DNA from: Chthonomonadales bacterium
GTDB taxonomy: Bacteria; Armatimonadota; Chthonomonadetes; Chthonomonadales; Chthonomonadaceae
Length of the DNA stretch: 28,976 nt
Direction of reading: 5' to 3'
NCBI GenBank assembly: GCA_038217285.1
Contig: JBBQPO010000043.1
Coordinates: forward strand, 1 to 28,976
Below, one piece after another: positions 16,143-26,428 of this stretch; position 1 is the first letter of the stretch, and every line of letters begins with the position of its first letter. The notes beneath the pieces are model-generated. The model ran no database searches and was not told the DNA's origin. It was given only the letters and a program-made list of their open reading frames with translations. The position numbers were made by a program, and so were the translations under genes.

Positions 16143-16220
16143 AGTACAAACCTCCTGCGTGGGAAGGCATCCATCGATAACCTCCCTCGTGCACTATAAT
16201 GAGAGTCGAAAAACTGGCAC

Positions 16221-16250
16221 ATTATAGCACAGACGCAAGATCAGGCGCAA
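16221..16250 (-). promoter_or_regulatory. Promoter of the efp cluster (extended -10)
   Basis: TTGCGC, 18 nt, TATAAT, preceded by TG-c (TGcTATAAT). Confidence 0.6.
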
Positions 16251-16447
16251 CCGACCACTTTGCCGCAGGGGCCGACCATACCCTGTCTACAGCATTAGAC
16301 GCAAACGGAGCGAAACAGTTTCAAAGGTGTCCCTCGTTCCACAGATCTGCAGTGACACGCTCCGAGCGGACCACCTACAGGAACGGGCTTCGCACAACGT
16401 CGCATCGACGCCTTCCTCTGGGAAAGCCAGTGACCATCTTCCTACGG

Positions 16448-16453
16448 TATAAT
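16448..16453 (+). promoter_or_regulatory. -10 element TATAAT directly upstream of the rqcH start
   Basis: TATAAT-gaggc-ATG(16459). Confidence 0.5.
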
Positions 16454-16458
16454 GAGGC

Positions 16459-18252
16459 ATGTCATCTCCTAAAGGTTCACCAGAGCTTCGCGTTCCATTC
16501 GACAGCCTCACGCTTTTCGCCGTAGTCGCGGAGCTGCGTCTACTCCTCATCGGCGGTCAAATCCAGGACATCCGGCAGCCGGAGCCTCACGAGTTGTTGA
16601 TGGCCATTCGCAGCCAGGGCCGCAGCCTCACGCTCTTACTCTCGTGCGAGGCCCGATTCGCTCGTGTTCATCTCACCTCCGAGCGCAAACCGAACTCCGC
16701 AACGCCCCCCTCATTCTGTACAGCCCTGCGCCGCCACCTGGATAACGGCCGAATTCTCGACGTTCGACAGCGCGACCTCGACCGCATCTTTGAACTGGAC
16801 GTTCAGAGTACCACCGAGGATGGAATCTCTGCGACCGTGACACTTGTCGCGGAGCTGATGGGCAAACATAGCAACCTGATCCTGATCAACGAGCGCGGGA
16901 TCGTCGTCGAGGCGGCAAAACGGATTTCACACCGTATCAACCGCTTTCGCGAAACCCTGCCAGGTAAGCCGTATCTACCGCCTCCGATTCAGGCAGGCCG
17001 GCTTGACCCACTCGGCGCCGACACGGCTCTGTTCCTGAACACCTTACCACTGGAAACTATGAATGTCGAATCCCTTGCCCGCACGCTGGCGGCAAGCATT
17101 GCCGTGATGTCGCCCTTTTTGGCACAGGAGATCGCGTTTCGCACCTTCCGAAATCCCTCCCCCAAGCCTGACGATCTGGCTGCAGCCGTAGAGAACACGA
17201 TGGGCGCCGTCTTCAGCGGAATTAACAATCCCTGTTTGCTTGAGAAGCAGACCAGCAGAGGCGCTTACCCCATACCAGTGCAGCATCTAGCGGTCGGATG
17301 CGCGGCAGGCGACAGGACACTGAATGCTCTCCTGGACCTTGCCTTCCGGGTGCAGGTAGAACGCGCCGGACTCGACATTGCATTTCACGAGTTGGACGGC
17401 AAATTGGACCGAGAACGCCGCAAACTGGAGAAGCAGCGGCACGATGCAGAACGCACTTTACAAGAAGGCGGACGCGCCGATGACTACCAACAGCAGGGGG
17501 ATCTACTGCTCTCACACCTCTGGAAAATAGAGATCGGCGCCGCCGACGTGACGGTTCAAGATTTCTATTCTCCGAACCAAGCGGAGCGCACCATCACGCT
17601 CGATCCCAAACTGAATCCGCAAGAGAACGCCCACGCCTTTTTTCGCCGCGCTCACAAGGCCCGAGACGCGCAGACACAGGCCATAACACAGGTCGCTGGC
17701 ATCCAGATTCGATCCAAGACTCTCGACGAGGCCATCCAGGAACACCAACGCAACCAAGAAAATCTGGACTTCACCGCAGCAGACGCGTTCGCCTTCCAGC
17801 AGCGGTTGATCAAGGCAGGCGTCCTCCGTGAAGAGCAGGCGGCAGCGGGAGCGCAGACGTCCGGCCCCGATTTTCAGGGCTACAAAATACGCCGTTACAC
17901 CACGCCGGAAGGGTATGAGATCTACTGCGGCGAGTCGGCGACAGCCAACGACTTCCTCACCACCCGAATCGCCTCGCCCAACGACCTGTGGCTGCATGTA
18001 CGCGCCTCTGCCGGTTCGCACGTCGTGATTCGCACCAAAGGGCAGCCAGACAAGGTCCCGCCATCGGTTCTGTACCGCGCCGCGACTATCGCCGCTCTGC
18101 ATAGCAACCAGAAGCACTCCGGGCTGGTCCCCGTCGACTACACCCTGAAGAAACATGTGCGCAAGCCGCGCGGAGCCGCCGCAGGAAGCGTCGAAGTCCA
18201 GCGCGAGAAAACCCTGCACGTCGCGCCGCACGATGAGCCCGAGGGAAGTTGA
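16459..18252 (+). CDS. rqcH: Ribosome quality control protein RqcH (Rqc2/FbpA, NFACT family)
   Basis: NFACT-N (FDSL, PPSFC..LRRHL, ELMGKHSNLIL), coiled coil, NFACT-R (ND.LT, DLWLH, GSHVVI, VDYT..KHVRKP.G). Confidence 0.92.
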   Translation: MSSPKGSPELRVPFDSLTLFAVVAELRLLLIGGQIQDIRQPEPHELLMAIRSQGRSLTLLLSCEARFARVHLTSERKPNSATPPSFCTALRRHLDNGRILDVRQRDLDRIFELDVQSTTEDGISATVTLVAELMGKHSNLILINERGIVVEAAKRISHRINRFRETLPGKPYLPPPIQAGRLDPLGADTALFLNTLPLETMNVESLARTLAASIAVMSPFLAQEIAFRTFRNPSPKPDDLAAAVENTMGAVFSGINNPCLLEKQTSRGAYPIPVQHLAVGCAAGDRTLNALLDLAFRVQVERAGLDIAFHELDGKLDRERRKLEKQRHDAERTLQEGGRADDYQQQGDLLLSHLWKIEIGAADVTVQDFYSPNQAERTITLDPKLNPQENAHAFFRRAHKARDAQTQAITQVAGIQIRSKTLDEAIQEHQRNQENLDFTAADAFAFQQRLIKAGVLREEQAAAGAQTSGPDFQGYKIRRYTTPEGYEIYCGESATANDFLTTRIASPNDLWLHVRASAGSHVVIRTKGQPDKVPPSVLYRAATIAALHSNQKHSGLVPVDYTLKKHVRKPRGAAAGSVEVQREKTLHVAPHDEPEGS

Positions 18253-18415
18253 GCAGGAGAGGCGGTCGGCGCAGCGTCAGGATGCGTCCCGAAACCGCCC
18301 GACACAGTTCCTGCTCATGTCCAGCATACATCCCCGGCTGCAATCGTGTCAAGGTTCCCAGGCATATCGAGCCGGGTGCCCGCAATAGAAATCTATAACC
18401 CCAACCTGCAATTTC

Positions 18416-18424
18416 TGGTATACT
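18416..18424 (+). promoter_or_regulatory. Extended -10 promoter upstream of hemC
   Basis: TGgTATACT 30 nt upstream of the GTG start, with SD aggag in between. Confidence 0.5.
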
Positions 18425-18453
18425 CTGGTCGTAAATGGGATAGGAGATGTGCC

Positions 18454-19377
18454 GTGAGCGAACTAAGAAAACGACTGCGAATCGGCACACGGGGCAGTCT
18501 GCTGGCGCGTACACAGACGGGAATGGTCGTGGAGCAGTTGCGGGCCGCAAACCCCCTCGTGGAGATCGAAACTCTTATTATTCAGACGACAGGGGACGTG
18601 CAGCACGACGTCCCTTTTGCACAAGTAGGCACAAAAGGTATGTTCGTCAAGGAGATCGAGCAGGCGCTGCTCGACGGCGTGATCGATGTGGGCATTCACA
18701 GCCTCAAAGACATGCCTTCCGAACTGCCGGGGGGACTGGAGATTGCCTGCACCCCCGTGCGCGAAGACGCCCTAGACGCGCTTCTCTCGCGCGGCAATCT
18801 GACCTTCTCCCAGTTGCCTCCCAACGCAACGGTCGGCACAAGCAGCCTGAGGCGTCAGGCCCAAATCCGCGCCCTGCGCCCGGATTTGAGGCTGCAAGAG
18901 TTACGCGGCAATCTCGACACGCGGCTGCGCAAGCTGGATGCGGGCGAGTACGATGCGATCCTCCTGGCCTGCGCTGGCCTGAATCGACTGGGTCTGGGAC
19001 TGCGGATTACGGAGCGTCTTGCGCCGGATGTCTGCGTTCCTGCCGCCGGGCAGGGCGCACTGGCCCTGGAGACACGGTGCGGTGATGCGGCAACGCTTGC
19101 GCTGTTGCACGAGATCCATGATCCGGACACGGCGGCGGCGGTGACGGCAGAGCGGGCATTTCTGGCGGCGCTCGGGGGAGGCTGTTCCGTTCCCGCAGGA
19201 GCTCTGGCAACCGTTCATGGCGCTCGCCTGCATCTTGTGGGCCTTATCGCAGCGCCAAATGGCGCCTGTGTGTTGCGTGCCGAGCGCGAGGGAGATCTCT
19301 CTGCGGCGGCGCAAATCGGGGCGGAACTGAGCGCGACGCTGCTGGCACAGGGCGGACGCGATCTCTTGAAAGGCTGA
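18454..19377 (+). CDS. hemC: Hydroxymethylbilane synthase (porphobilinogen deaminase)
   Basis: IGTRGSLLA, GD…KGMFVKEIE, HSLKD, GTSSLRR, RGNLDTRL, GGGCSVP. Start reassigned to GTG 18454. Confidence 0.97.
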   Translation: MSELRKRLRIGTRGSLLARTQTGMVVEQLRAANPLVEIETLIIQTTGDVQHDVPFAQVGTKGMFVKEIEQALLDGVIDVGIHSLKDMPSELPGGLEIACTPVREDALDALLSRGNLTFSQLPPNATVGTSSLRRQAQIRALRPDLRLQELRGNLDTRLRKLDAGEYDAILLACAGLNRLGLGLRITERLAPDVCVPAAGQGALALETRCGDAATLALLHEIHDPDTAAAVTAERAFLAALGGGCSVPAGALATVHGARLHLVGLIAAPNGACVLRAEREGDLSAAAQIGAELSATLLAQGGRDLLKG

Positions 19378-19386
19378 AGCGTTTCC

Positions 19387-20964
19387 ATGAGTGTCGAGGT
19401 AGACTTTCTCGTGATCGGCAGCGGACTGGCGGGGCTTACCTACGCCCTCACCGTGGCCGAGTTCGGTTCGGTCGCGCTGTTGACCAAAAAGAATCGGACG
19501 GATGCCAATAGTAGTTGGGCACAGGGCGGCATCGCGGGCGTACTCGCCGAAAACGATTCGTTCGCACTGCACAAACAGGACACCCTTGTCGCCGGAGCGG
19601 GGCTCTGCCATGAGGATGCCGTGGATGTCCTGGTCCACGAGGGTCCGGAGCGCATCCGCCACCTGATGACGCTGGGCGCGCAGTTCAATACGGAAACCAA
19701 CACGGATGGCCTGGAAGTTCTCTCTCTGGGCCGCGAGGGCGGCCATTCGCGCAACCGCATCGTCCATACCGCCGACTATACCGGCTGGGAGTGCGAACGG
19801 ACCCTTCTGGAAGCGGTCAAAGCGGAATCCAACATCCAGGTATACGAGCATCTTTTCGTGACGGATCTCTTGATTCTGGAGACCCCCGAAGGCCGGGTAT
19901 GCGCGGGAGCCTGCGCCCTCGATGGCGAAACAGGCAACCGCAGTACCTTCCGCGCCCGGGCAACATTGCTGGCGACCGGCGGCTGTGGGCAGGTCTATCT
20001 GCATACCACCAATCCCATTATCGCGACAGGCGACGGCGTGGCAATGGCATGGAGGGCCGGCGCAAAGGTCGCGAATATGGAGTTTATTCAGTTCCATCCG
20101 ACAACGCTTTATCATCCCAAGGCGCGCGCGTTTCTCATTACAGAGGCCCTGCGCGGCGAGGGCGGAATCCTGAAACACGAGGACGGTGAGACGTTCATGG
20201 AGCGTTATCATCCGCTCGGCGCTCTGGCTCCGCGCGACATTGTGGCGCGTGCCATCGTCAGCGAGATGAAACGGCGGGATGTGCCGTGTGTCTATCTCGA
20301 CGCCACCCATATCGATCCCGACTTTCTGCGGGAGCACTTCCCCACCGTCTATGAACGCTGTATGAGCGTGGGCATCGACATTACCAAACAGCCTATCCCT
20401 ATCGTTCCCGCGCAGCACTACCAGTGTGGCGGCGTAGTCACCGATCTGGAAGGCTGCACCAACATCCCGCGTCTCTATGCAGCGGGTGAAGTCGCCTGCA
20501 CGGGGGTTCATGGCGCGAATCGTCTCGCCTCCAACTCCCTCCTCGAAGCCATGGTCTACGGGTATCGCGCGGCGCTCCATACGCTGGAGTTCCAGACCGA
20601 CAGTCCGCCCGACGGAGCCCCCTGCCGCTGCGACGACCCTGTCTCTCTGCCCGATACTGTCATCGATCCGCTCTGGAAAAGCATTCGCCGGCTCATGCAG
20701 CGGAATGTCGGCATTGTCCGGACGACAGCGGATCTCGAAAACACCAGGCGCGAGTTGGCGCGGATCCGCACGTCCCTTCAAAAGGAGCCGGACACGGTCG
20801 CCGCGTGGGAGACGAAAAACATTGCCACGGTCGGAAGTCTGATCGTCGAATCCGCCCTGCGTCGTCACGAAAGTCGCGGCCTTCACTTTACGCTCGACTA
20901 CCCGGATCTCGTAGAAACCGAACGCCACGATACGATCCTCGATCCGGACACCGTCACTCTGTAG
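19387..20964 (+). CDS. nadB: L-aspartate oxidase
   Basis: GSGLAG, SSWAQGGIA, EGGHSRNRIVH, QFHPT, LITEALRGEG, HGANRLASNSLLE, ESRGLHF. Confidence 0.95.
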   Translation: MSVEVDFLVIGSGLAGLTYALTVAEFGSVALLTKKNRTDANSSWAQGGIAGVLAENDSFALHKQDTLVAGAGLCHEDAVDVLVHEGPERIRHLMTLGAQFNTETNTDGLEVLSLGREGGHSRNRIVHTADYTGWECERTLLEAVKAESNIQVYEHLFVTDLLILETPEGRVCAGACALDGETGNRSTFRARATLLATGGCGQVYLHTTNPIIATGDGVAMAWRAGAKVANMEFIQFHPTTLYHPKARAFLITEALRGEGGILKHEDGETFMERYHPLGALAPRDIVARAIVSEMKRRDVPCVYLDATHIDPDFLREHFPTVYERCMSVGIDITKQPIPIVPAQHYQCGGVVTDLEGCTNIPRLYAAGEVACTGVHGANRLASNSLLEAMVYGYRAALHTLEFQTDSPPDGAPCRCDDPVSLPDTVIDPLWKSIRRLMQRNVGIVRTTADLENTRRELARIRTSLQKEPDTVAAWETKNIATVGSLIVESALRRHESRGLHFTLDYPDLVETERHDTILDPDTVTL

Positions 20965-21044
20965 GTGTTTCAAGTCCCAATGTCCAATGCTGAGTGACCC
21001 GTTGACTGAAAATTTGAGCCGATGCGACGGCCACGGAGATTGAG

Positions 21045-21716
21045 ATGAACATTCCCGAGAGCTGGCAGCCTTATCTCGAAGCAGAGACGGCACAGCCCTA
21101 TTTCTCGAAACTGCGCGAATTTGTCGCTGAGGAGCGCGAAAAAGTCAACGTCTTTCCGCCGGATGGCGACGTGTTCAACGCTCTGAAATTGACACCTTAC
21201 GAGCGAGCGAATATCGTCCTTCTGGGGCAGGATCCGTACCACGATGTCGGGCAGGCGCATGGGCTCTGTTTCTCGGTGCGGCCCGGCGTCACTACGCCGC
21301 CTTCGCTCGTCAATATCTTCAAAGAGCTGAAGACGGACCTGGACTGTAGGATACCGAATAACGGCACTCTCGTCCCCTGGGCGGCGCAGGGCGTCCTGAT
21401 GCTGAACGCAGTGCTGACGGTTCGCGCCCACACGGCAAATTCCCATAAGGGCAAGGGCTGGGAGACGTTTACAGACGCGGTCCTGCGCATTGTGAACGCG
21501 AAGGAGACTCCGGTCGTTTTCGTGCTCTGGGGCGGTTACGCGCAGAAGAAACTGCCGCTGATCGACACGACGCGGCATATCGTTATTCAGTCGGCGCATC
21601 CCTCCCCGCTCTCGGCCCACAACGGTTTCTTAGGCAGCAAGCCGTTCTCGAAGATCAACGCCGCCCTCATCGCGGCAGGCAAACCACCGATCGATTGGCA
21701 GATACCCGACCTATGA
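21045..21716 (+). CDS. ung: Uracil-DNA glycosylase (family 1)
   Basis: GQDPYH, AHGLCFSV, PPSLVNIFKEL, LNAVLTV, HPSPLS. Confidence 0.97.
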   Translation: MNIPESWQPYLEAETAQPYFSKLREFVAEEREKVNVFPPDGDVFNALKLTPYERANIVLLGQDPYHDVGQAHGLCFSVRPGVTTPPSLVNIFKELKTDLDCRIPNNGTLVPWAAQGVLMLNAVLTVRAHTANSHKGKGWETFTDAVLRIVNAKETPVVFVLWGGYAQKKLPLIDTTRHIVIQSAHPSPLSAHNGFLGSKPFSKINAALIAAGKPPIDWQIPDL

Positions 21717-23308
21717 CTTCACAGTTGACACCACCCACCGGCACGGTCTATCTTATCGGGGCTGGCCCCGGCGATCCCGGCCTGATCACCGTGCGCGGCA
21801 TGGAACTTCTGCGCACCGCCGATGTCGTCGTCTACGACCGCCTCGCGCATCCTTCTCTGCTCACCCATGTCCGACCCGATGCCGAACGAATCTATGTCGG
21901 CAAGGCCAGCGCCCAGCACGCCATGAAGCAGCCGGACATCAACGCGTTGCTCATCGCAAAGGCGAAAGAAGGCAAGTCGGTGGCGCGCCTGAAGGGCGGA
22001 GATCCGTTCGTTTTCGGACGCGGCGCTGAAGAGGCGGAAGAGTGTCGGGCGGCGGACGTCCCGTTTCAGATCGTACCCGGCGTCACCTCCGCCATCGCCG
22101 CGCCTGCCTATGCAGGCATTCCCGTCACGCACCGTGACGCAGCCTCCTCCTTCGCCGTGATCACCGGCCACGAACGTGACGACGCCCGCGAATCCGGTAC
22201 GCGCGCCCCCGGTGAGGCGGAGGGCCGACGGAACTGGGCGCATATCGCCTACGCGGCGGACACCCTCGTTTTTCTCATGGGAGTCGAAGCGCTGCCGGAG
22301 ATCGCAGCCCGCCTTCAGGAGCACGGCCGCTCGCCGGAGACGCCGGTCGCCCTCGTGCAGTGGGGAACCTGGGCCCAGCAGCGGGTCGTGACCGGCACCC
22401 TGGCTAACATTGTCGAAGAGGTGCGTCTGGCAGGGCTGACTCCACCCGCCGTCTGCATCGTCGGCGAGGTCGTGAAGTTGCGTCCTGCCTTGCGCTGGTT
22501 CGAGCCTTCTGCGGCCCGTCCTTTGCATGGCAAACGCATACTGGTTACGAGAGCACGGGAGCAGGCGAGCGGACTTTCTGATATGCTCCGAGCCCGAGGG
22601 GCTGAACCCATCGAGTTCCCTGTTATTCGCATCGCGCGCCTGGAGGATTACACGGCACTGGACGCCGCTCTTGGCAGCCTCACTCGCTACGACTGGGTGG
22701 TCTTTACCAGCATCAACGCCATTCCCATACTCGCAGAACGGTTGCATGCGCTGAATCTCGATGGCCGGGCGTTCCACCACACGAAGATCGCCGCCATGGG
22801 TCCGGCTACCGCCAACGCCCTGCGCGAACACCTCGGCCTGAGAGCAGATTTCGTACCTACGGAGGCCGTCGCAGAGGCTTTGCTCGCCCAGTGGCCCGAA
22901 CCCGATATGAAGGACAAGCGCGTACTTTTCCCAAGGGCGAAAGAGGCGCGGGAACTTTTGCCGGAGCAGTTGACGGCCCACGGAGCCGCCGTAGATATTG
23001 TGCCTGTTTATGAAACACAGTTCGACGGTGACAGTGCGGACGATGTCAGGCGCCTGCTGCAGGAGGGACGTATCGACGTCATCACCTTCACCTCTGCCTC
23101 GACAGTACAGAATTTCGTGCAGGCCATCGCCACCCTCACCCAAACGGCCACGGACATTGTCGGATCGACCCGTATCGTCGCCATTGGCCCCGTCACGGCG
23201 GAGGCGGCGTCCGAACTCAACCTGACGGTTCTTCGAATCGCGGACGAACATACTATTCCCGGCCTGATGACGACGCTGGAAAAACTATGGGGTGAAGATC
23301 ATGCGTAA
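21713..23308 (+). CDS. cobA: Fused uroporphyrinogen-III C-methyltransferase / uroporphyrinogen-III synthase (CobA/HemD)
   Basis: [30 protein letters not shown], then HemD domain ([27 protein letters not shown]). ATGA overlap with the ung stop. Confidence 0.95.
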   Translation: MTSQLTPPTGTVYLIGAGPGDPGLITVRGMELLRTADVVVYDRLAHPSLLTHVRPDAERIYVGKASAQHAMKQPDINALLIAKAKEGKSVARLKGGDPFVFGRGAEEAEECRAADVPFQIVPGVTSAIAAPAYAGIPVTHRDAASSFAVITGHERDDARESGTRAPGEAEGRRNWAHIAYAADTLVFLMGVEALPEIAARLQEHGRSPETPVALVQWGTWAQQRVVTGTLANIVEEVRLAGLTPPAVCIVGEVVKLRPALRWFEPSAARPLHGKRILVTRAREQASGLSDMLRARGAEPIEFPVIRIARLEDYTALDAALGSLTRYDWVVFTSINAIPILAERLHALNLDGRAFHHTKIAAMGPATANALREHLGLRADFVPTEAVAEALLAQWPEPDMKDKRVLFPRAKEARELLPEQLTAHGAAVDIVPVYETQFDGDSADDVRRLLQEGRIDVITFTSASTVQNFVQAIATLTQTATDIVGSTRIVAIGPVTAEAASELNLTVLRIADEHTIPGLMTTLEKLWGEDHA

Positions 23309-24281
23309 TCTAATCCATAGGCCGCGGCGCCTGCGGCGAACGGAGACCCTTCGGCGTATGGTGCGCGAGAATCAGGTCACGGCGGACGATCTGCTCTACC
23401 CCATGTTCGTGACGATGGAGAGCGAAAGTCGCGAAATTTCGTCCATGCCGGGCGTGTTTCGCCACACGCTCGACGATCTCTGCCGGGCCGTCGAAAAAAT
23501 GCCGGCGCTGGGCCTGCCCGCCATCATGCTGTTCGGCATTCCTGCGGAGAAAGACGATGTCGGAAGCGGAGGCTATGCGGAGGACGGCATCGTGCCGCAA
23601 GCGATACGCGCGCTGCGCCGCGTCGTCGGTGATAGTATGTTGATCGTTCCGGATGTCTGCCTGTGCGAATATACGTCGCATGGACACTGCGGTGTGATCC
23701 ATGAGGGACATGTAGACAACGACCCGACGCTTGAACTTCTGTCGCGCGCTGCCGTCTGTTATGCGGAGGCCGGAGCCGACGTGATCGCACCGTCCGATAT
23801 GATGGACGGACGAATCGGAGCGATCCGGGAGAGCCTGGATACGGCCGGTTTCACTCATCTGCCGATCATGGCCTACAGTGCGAAGTACGCCAGCGGCTTC
23901 TATGGGCCGTTTCGCGAGGCGGCGGACAGCACACCGCAGTTTGGCGACCGCCGGGCCTACCAGATGGATCCGCCCAACCGGCGCGAGGCGATGCGCGAAA
24001 TGGAACTCGATGTCGCGGAAGGCGCCGATATTCTGATGGTGAAGCCAGGGCTGGCCTACCTCGATATTTTGCGCGATGCCCGCGAACGCTTCGATCTGCC
24101 GCTCGCCATCTATAACGTCTCCGGCGAGTATAGCATGGTGAAAGCCGCTGCGCGGAACGGCTGGATCGACGAAAAGCGTGTCGTCGGAGAGACGCTGACG
24201 GCCTTCAAGAGGGCCGGAGCGGATATCATTTTGACCTATCACGCGGTGGACTATCTGCACTGGCTGCATTCCGAAAGTTGA
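23301..24281 (+). CDS. hemB: Porphobilinogen synthase (Zn-type)
   Basis: [53 protein letters not shown]. Confidence 0.97.
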   Translation: MRNLIHRPRRLRRTETLRRMVRENQVTADDLLYPMFVTMESESREISSMPGVFRHTLDDLCRAVEKMPALGLPAIMLFGIPAEKDDVGSGGYAEDGIVPQAIRALRRVVGDSMLIVPDVCLCEYTSHGHCGVIHEGHVDNDPTLELLSRAAVCYAEAGADVIAPSDMMDGRIGAIRESLDTAGFTHLPIMAYSAKYASGFYGPFREAADSTPQFGDRRAYQMDPPNRREAMREMELDVAEGADILMVKPGLAYLDILRDARERFDLPLAIYNVSGEYSMVKAAARNGWIDEKRVVGETLTAFKRAGADIILTYHAVDYLHWLHSES

Positions 24282-24341
24282 CCTGCGCCCGGTCGAATCG
24301 GAACCCGGTGTTCCACGCGCCGCTGAATCGACACGGGGCGC

Positions 24342-26417
24342 ATGAGGCAAAAGATGATCGGTACCAGAGTCGCAGACCGTTATGATATCGAAGCGCAGAT
24401 AGGGATCGGAGGCATGGGTATCGTCTACCGAGCCTACGATACTCGTCTGAGGCGTCATGTCGCGCTCAAGGTCATCGCCCCGCATCTCGTGCAGCAGGAA
24501 GCCGCGCGATCCCAGTTTCTGCGCGAAGCCCAGGCTCTGGCCGGACTGATGCACCCCAACATCGTCACAGTCTTCGATCTGTCGGAAGACGAATTGACCC
24601 AGACCGTCTTTATCGTCATGGAGTTGCTGCGCGGCAGTTCCCTGCGCCACTGTATGGCAGAGTCCGGGCGTCCCCTCTTCTCACAGGTAGCCCTGCCGCT
24701 CTGCCGTGCGTTGGAAGCCGCCCATGCCAGGGGCGTTCTGCACCGTGATATCAAACCGGAGAACGTCTTCGTTTGCGACGACGGCACGATCAAACTCATG
24801 GACTTCGGCCTCGCCCGTCTGCTTACGACGAACTCTCGAAGCCAGGCCAGCCTCCTCGCGGGAACCCTGGCCTATATGGCGCCTGAACAGTTGAAGGGTG
24901 AGCGGGCCGACTTTCGCGCCGACCTCTACTCGCTGGGAATCCTTTTCTATGAGTACCTTAGCGGCGCGACGCCGTTCGCAGCCGACAACCCGGGCGCGAT
25001 CCTGCTCAAAAATCTGACGGAAGCGGCCCCATCGCTCCAGAGTCGTATTCCCGACATCTCCGCAGAGCTGGACGCGGTGATTCTGCGCCTGCTGGAGAAA
25101 GATCCTGCCGGACGGTTCGACTCCGCGACCCTCCTGCGTGAGGCACTGGAGCATCCGACGGCAGAAGGCAATGTGGCCGTCGCCTATGCCGTCGACAGGA
25201 CGGTTCCCACGCCGCCAAGTCACTTCGCATCGACCGTTTTCGTCCCTCCAACCAACGAAACGCCAACGCCCGTACTGCTCACCCAACCGGTCCTCCAGCC
25301 GACTTCTCCCGTCGCCAACTACCCAAGGCGCAAAGTTCGGCCCACGTTTCTCGCGGGAGGCGTCGTCTGTTTCAGTGTTGCCGCGCTCCTTCTGTTCGGA
25401 CCGGTTCAACGCCATTTTGCCTCGGCGAACGGGAACGAAACCGTTTCCACCACAAAGCGGATCGCCACCCCTGTCGCTGCCTCCGGTTCATTGACGCAGC
25501 AGGCCAACGCCGTGCCGGTCCTACCGTCTGTCGCCGCGCAGTTGCCGAACTACCAGAAGAAGATCGAGACATCGCAGGCACATACAAGCGCAGAACTCGA
25601 CATCCTTATTAAGCAGCAGGAACAGACCCGATCAGAGGTCGAGCGTCTGGAAAAACTGTTGGCACGCGAAGCAGCGAAACGCCAGGTGGCGGAAACGCAG
25701 GCTGCTCTCGCTCGTCGGGCCGCCGCCGAGACGCCAGGCATAAAATCGGCCGCACCGCAGAAGCCTTTACTGAATCCGCTCCCGGCAGTCGTTCCCGATG
25801 CGTTGGTGAAGATTGCCGCTCTGCATCCCCACGACCCGTTCGAATTCCGAACGAAGCAAGTTACCCGAACAGCCGACGGAACCCTCGATGTCCAGGTACA
25901 CAACTCCCGGGCCTGTCACCTCTACCTCTATCAGTTGCAAGAAAACAACAACCAGGCTGTGCTGATTCCGAACGCGGAGCGCTCGCTTTCCGGAACTCCG
26001 CAGCATAATGTTTTCACGGAGATCGGACTGCGAGTAGAAGGCGCGATCGATAGTCAGACCAAGCTGCTGCTGCTGGCGTCCGGAAATCCGCTGGTTGGAC
26101 TGCCTTCCCGTTTTCCCCTGCCTTCCTTGCCGCGACACTCGGCCTCCGACGTATCGATCGACCGGCGTTTCGCACTGCTGCACGACTACCGCGATCAGAT
26201 CGTGACTACGATGCAGGCCTATCGTGTTCAGTCGGATGGCAAAAACGTTCAACAAGACGACATAATCGTGCGCTTCCTTCGCTATAGACCGACGCCGGAG
26301 AGTACGGCCCCCGTCGCTGAGCCGCCGGTTCACCGAAAATTTGGCATGAATGAGTCGCACCGATTCGGAACCAGAGCGACCCAGACCGCGTCATTACCTG
26401 TAGAACTGTTTCTCTAA
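24342..26417 (+). CDS. Hanks-type Ser/Thr protein kinase with TM helix, coiled coil and extracytoplasmic C-terminal (DUF4384-like) domain
   Basis: GIGGMGIVY, VALK, HRDIKPEN, DFG, GTLAYMAPE, TM FLAGGVVCFSVAALLLFG. Start may be 24354. The C-terminal domain call is tentative. Confidence 0.9.
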   Translation: MRQKMIGTRVADRYDIEAQIGIGGMGIVYRAYDTRLRRHVALKVIAPHLVQQEAARSQFLREAQALAGLMHPNIVTVFDLSEDELTQTVFIVMELLRGSSLRHCMAESGRPLFSQVALPLCRALEAAHARGVLHRDIKPENVFVCDDGTIKLMDFGLARLLTTNSRSQASLLAGTLAYMAPEQLKGERADFRADLYSLGILFYEYLSGATPFAADNPGAILLKNLTEAAPSLQSRIPDISAELDAVILRLLEKDPAGRFDSATLLREALEHPTAEGNVAVAYAVDRTVPTPPSHFASTVFVPPTNETPTPVLLTQPVLQPTSPVANYPRRKVRPTFLAGGVVCFSVAALLLFGPVQRHFASANGNETVSTTKRIATPVAASGSLTQQANAVPVLPSVAAQLPNYQKKIETSQAHTSAELDILIKQQEQTRSEVERLEKLLAREAAKRQVAETQAALARRAAAETPGIKSAAPQKPLLNPLPAVVPDALVKIAALHPHDPFEFRTKQVTRTADGTLDVQVHNSRACHLYLYQLQENNNQAVLIPNAERSLSGTPQHNVFTEIGLRVEGAIDSQTKLLLLASGNPLVGLPSRFPLPSLPRHSASDVSIDRRFALLHDYRDQIVTTMQAYRVQSDGKNVQQDDIIVRFLRYRPTPESTAPVAEPPVHRKFGMNESHRFGTRATQTASLPVELFL

Positions 26418-26428
26418 AGGACGCCTTT

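Noticed and set aside
16199-16550. 108-aa and 87-aa ORFs in the efp-rqcH spacer
   Set aside because: No protein-like composition or motif, and they overlap promoter elements or rqcH.
20975-20990. Short tandem ccaatg repeat after nadB
   Set aside because: Two units only; compatible with chance.
18901-21093. 730-aa minus-strand ORF
   Set aside because: Antisense shadow of hemC/nadB in GC-rich DNA; no recognisable motifs.
21719-24650. 510-aa and 446-aa minus-strand ORFs
   Set aside because: Antisense to well-supported cobA/hemD, hemB and the kinase.
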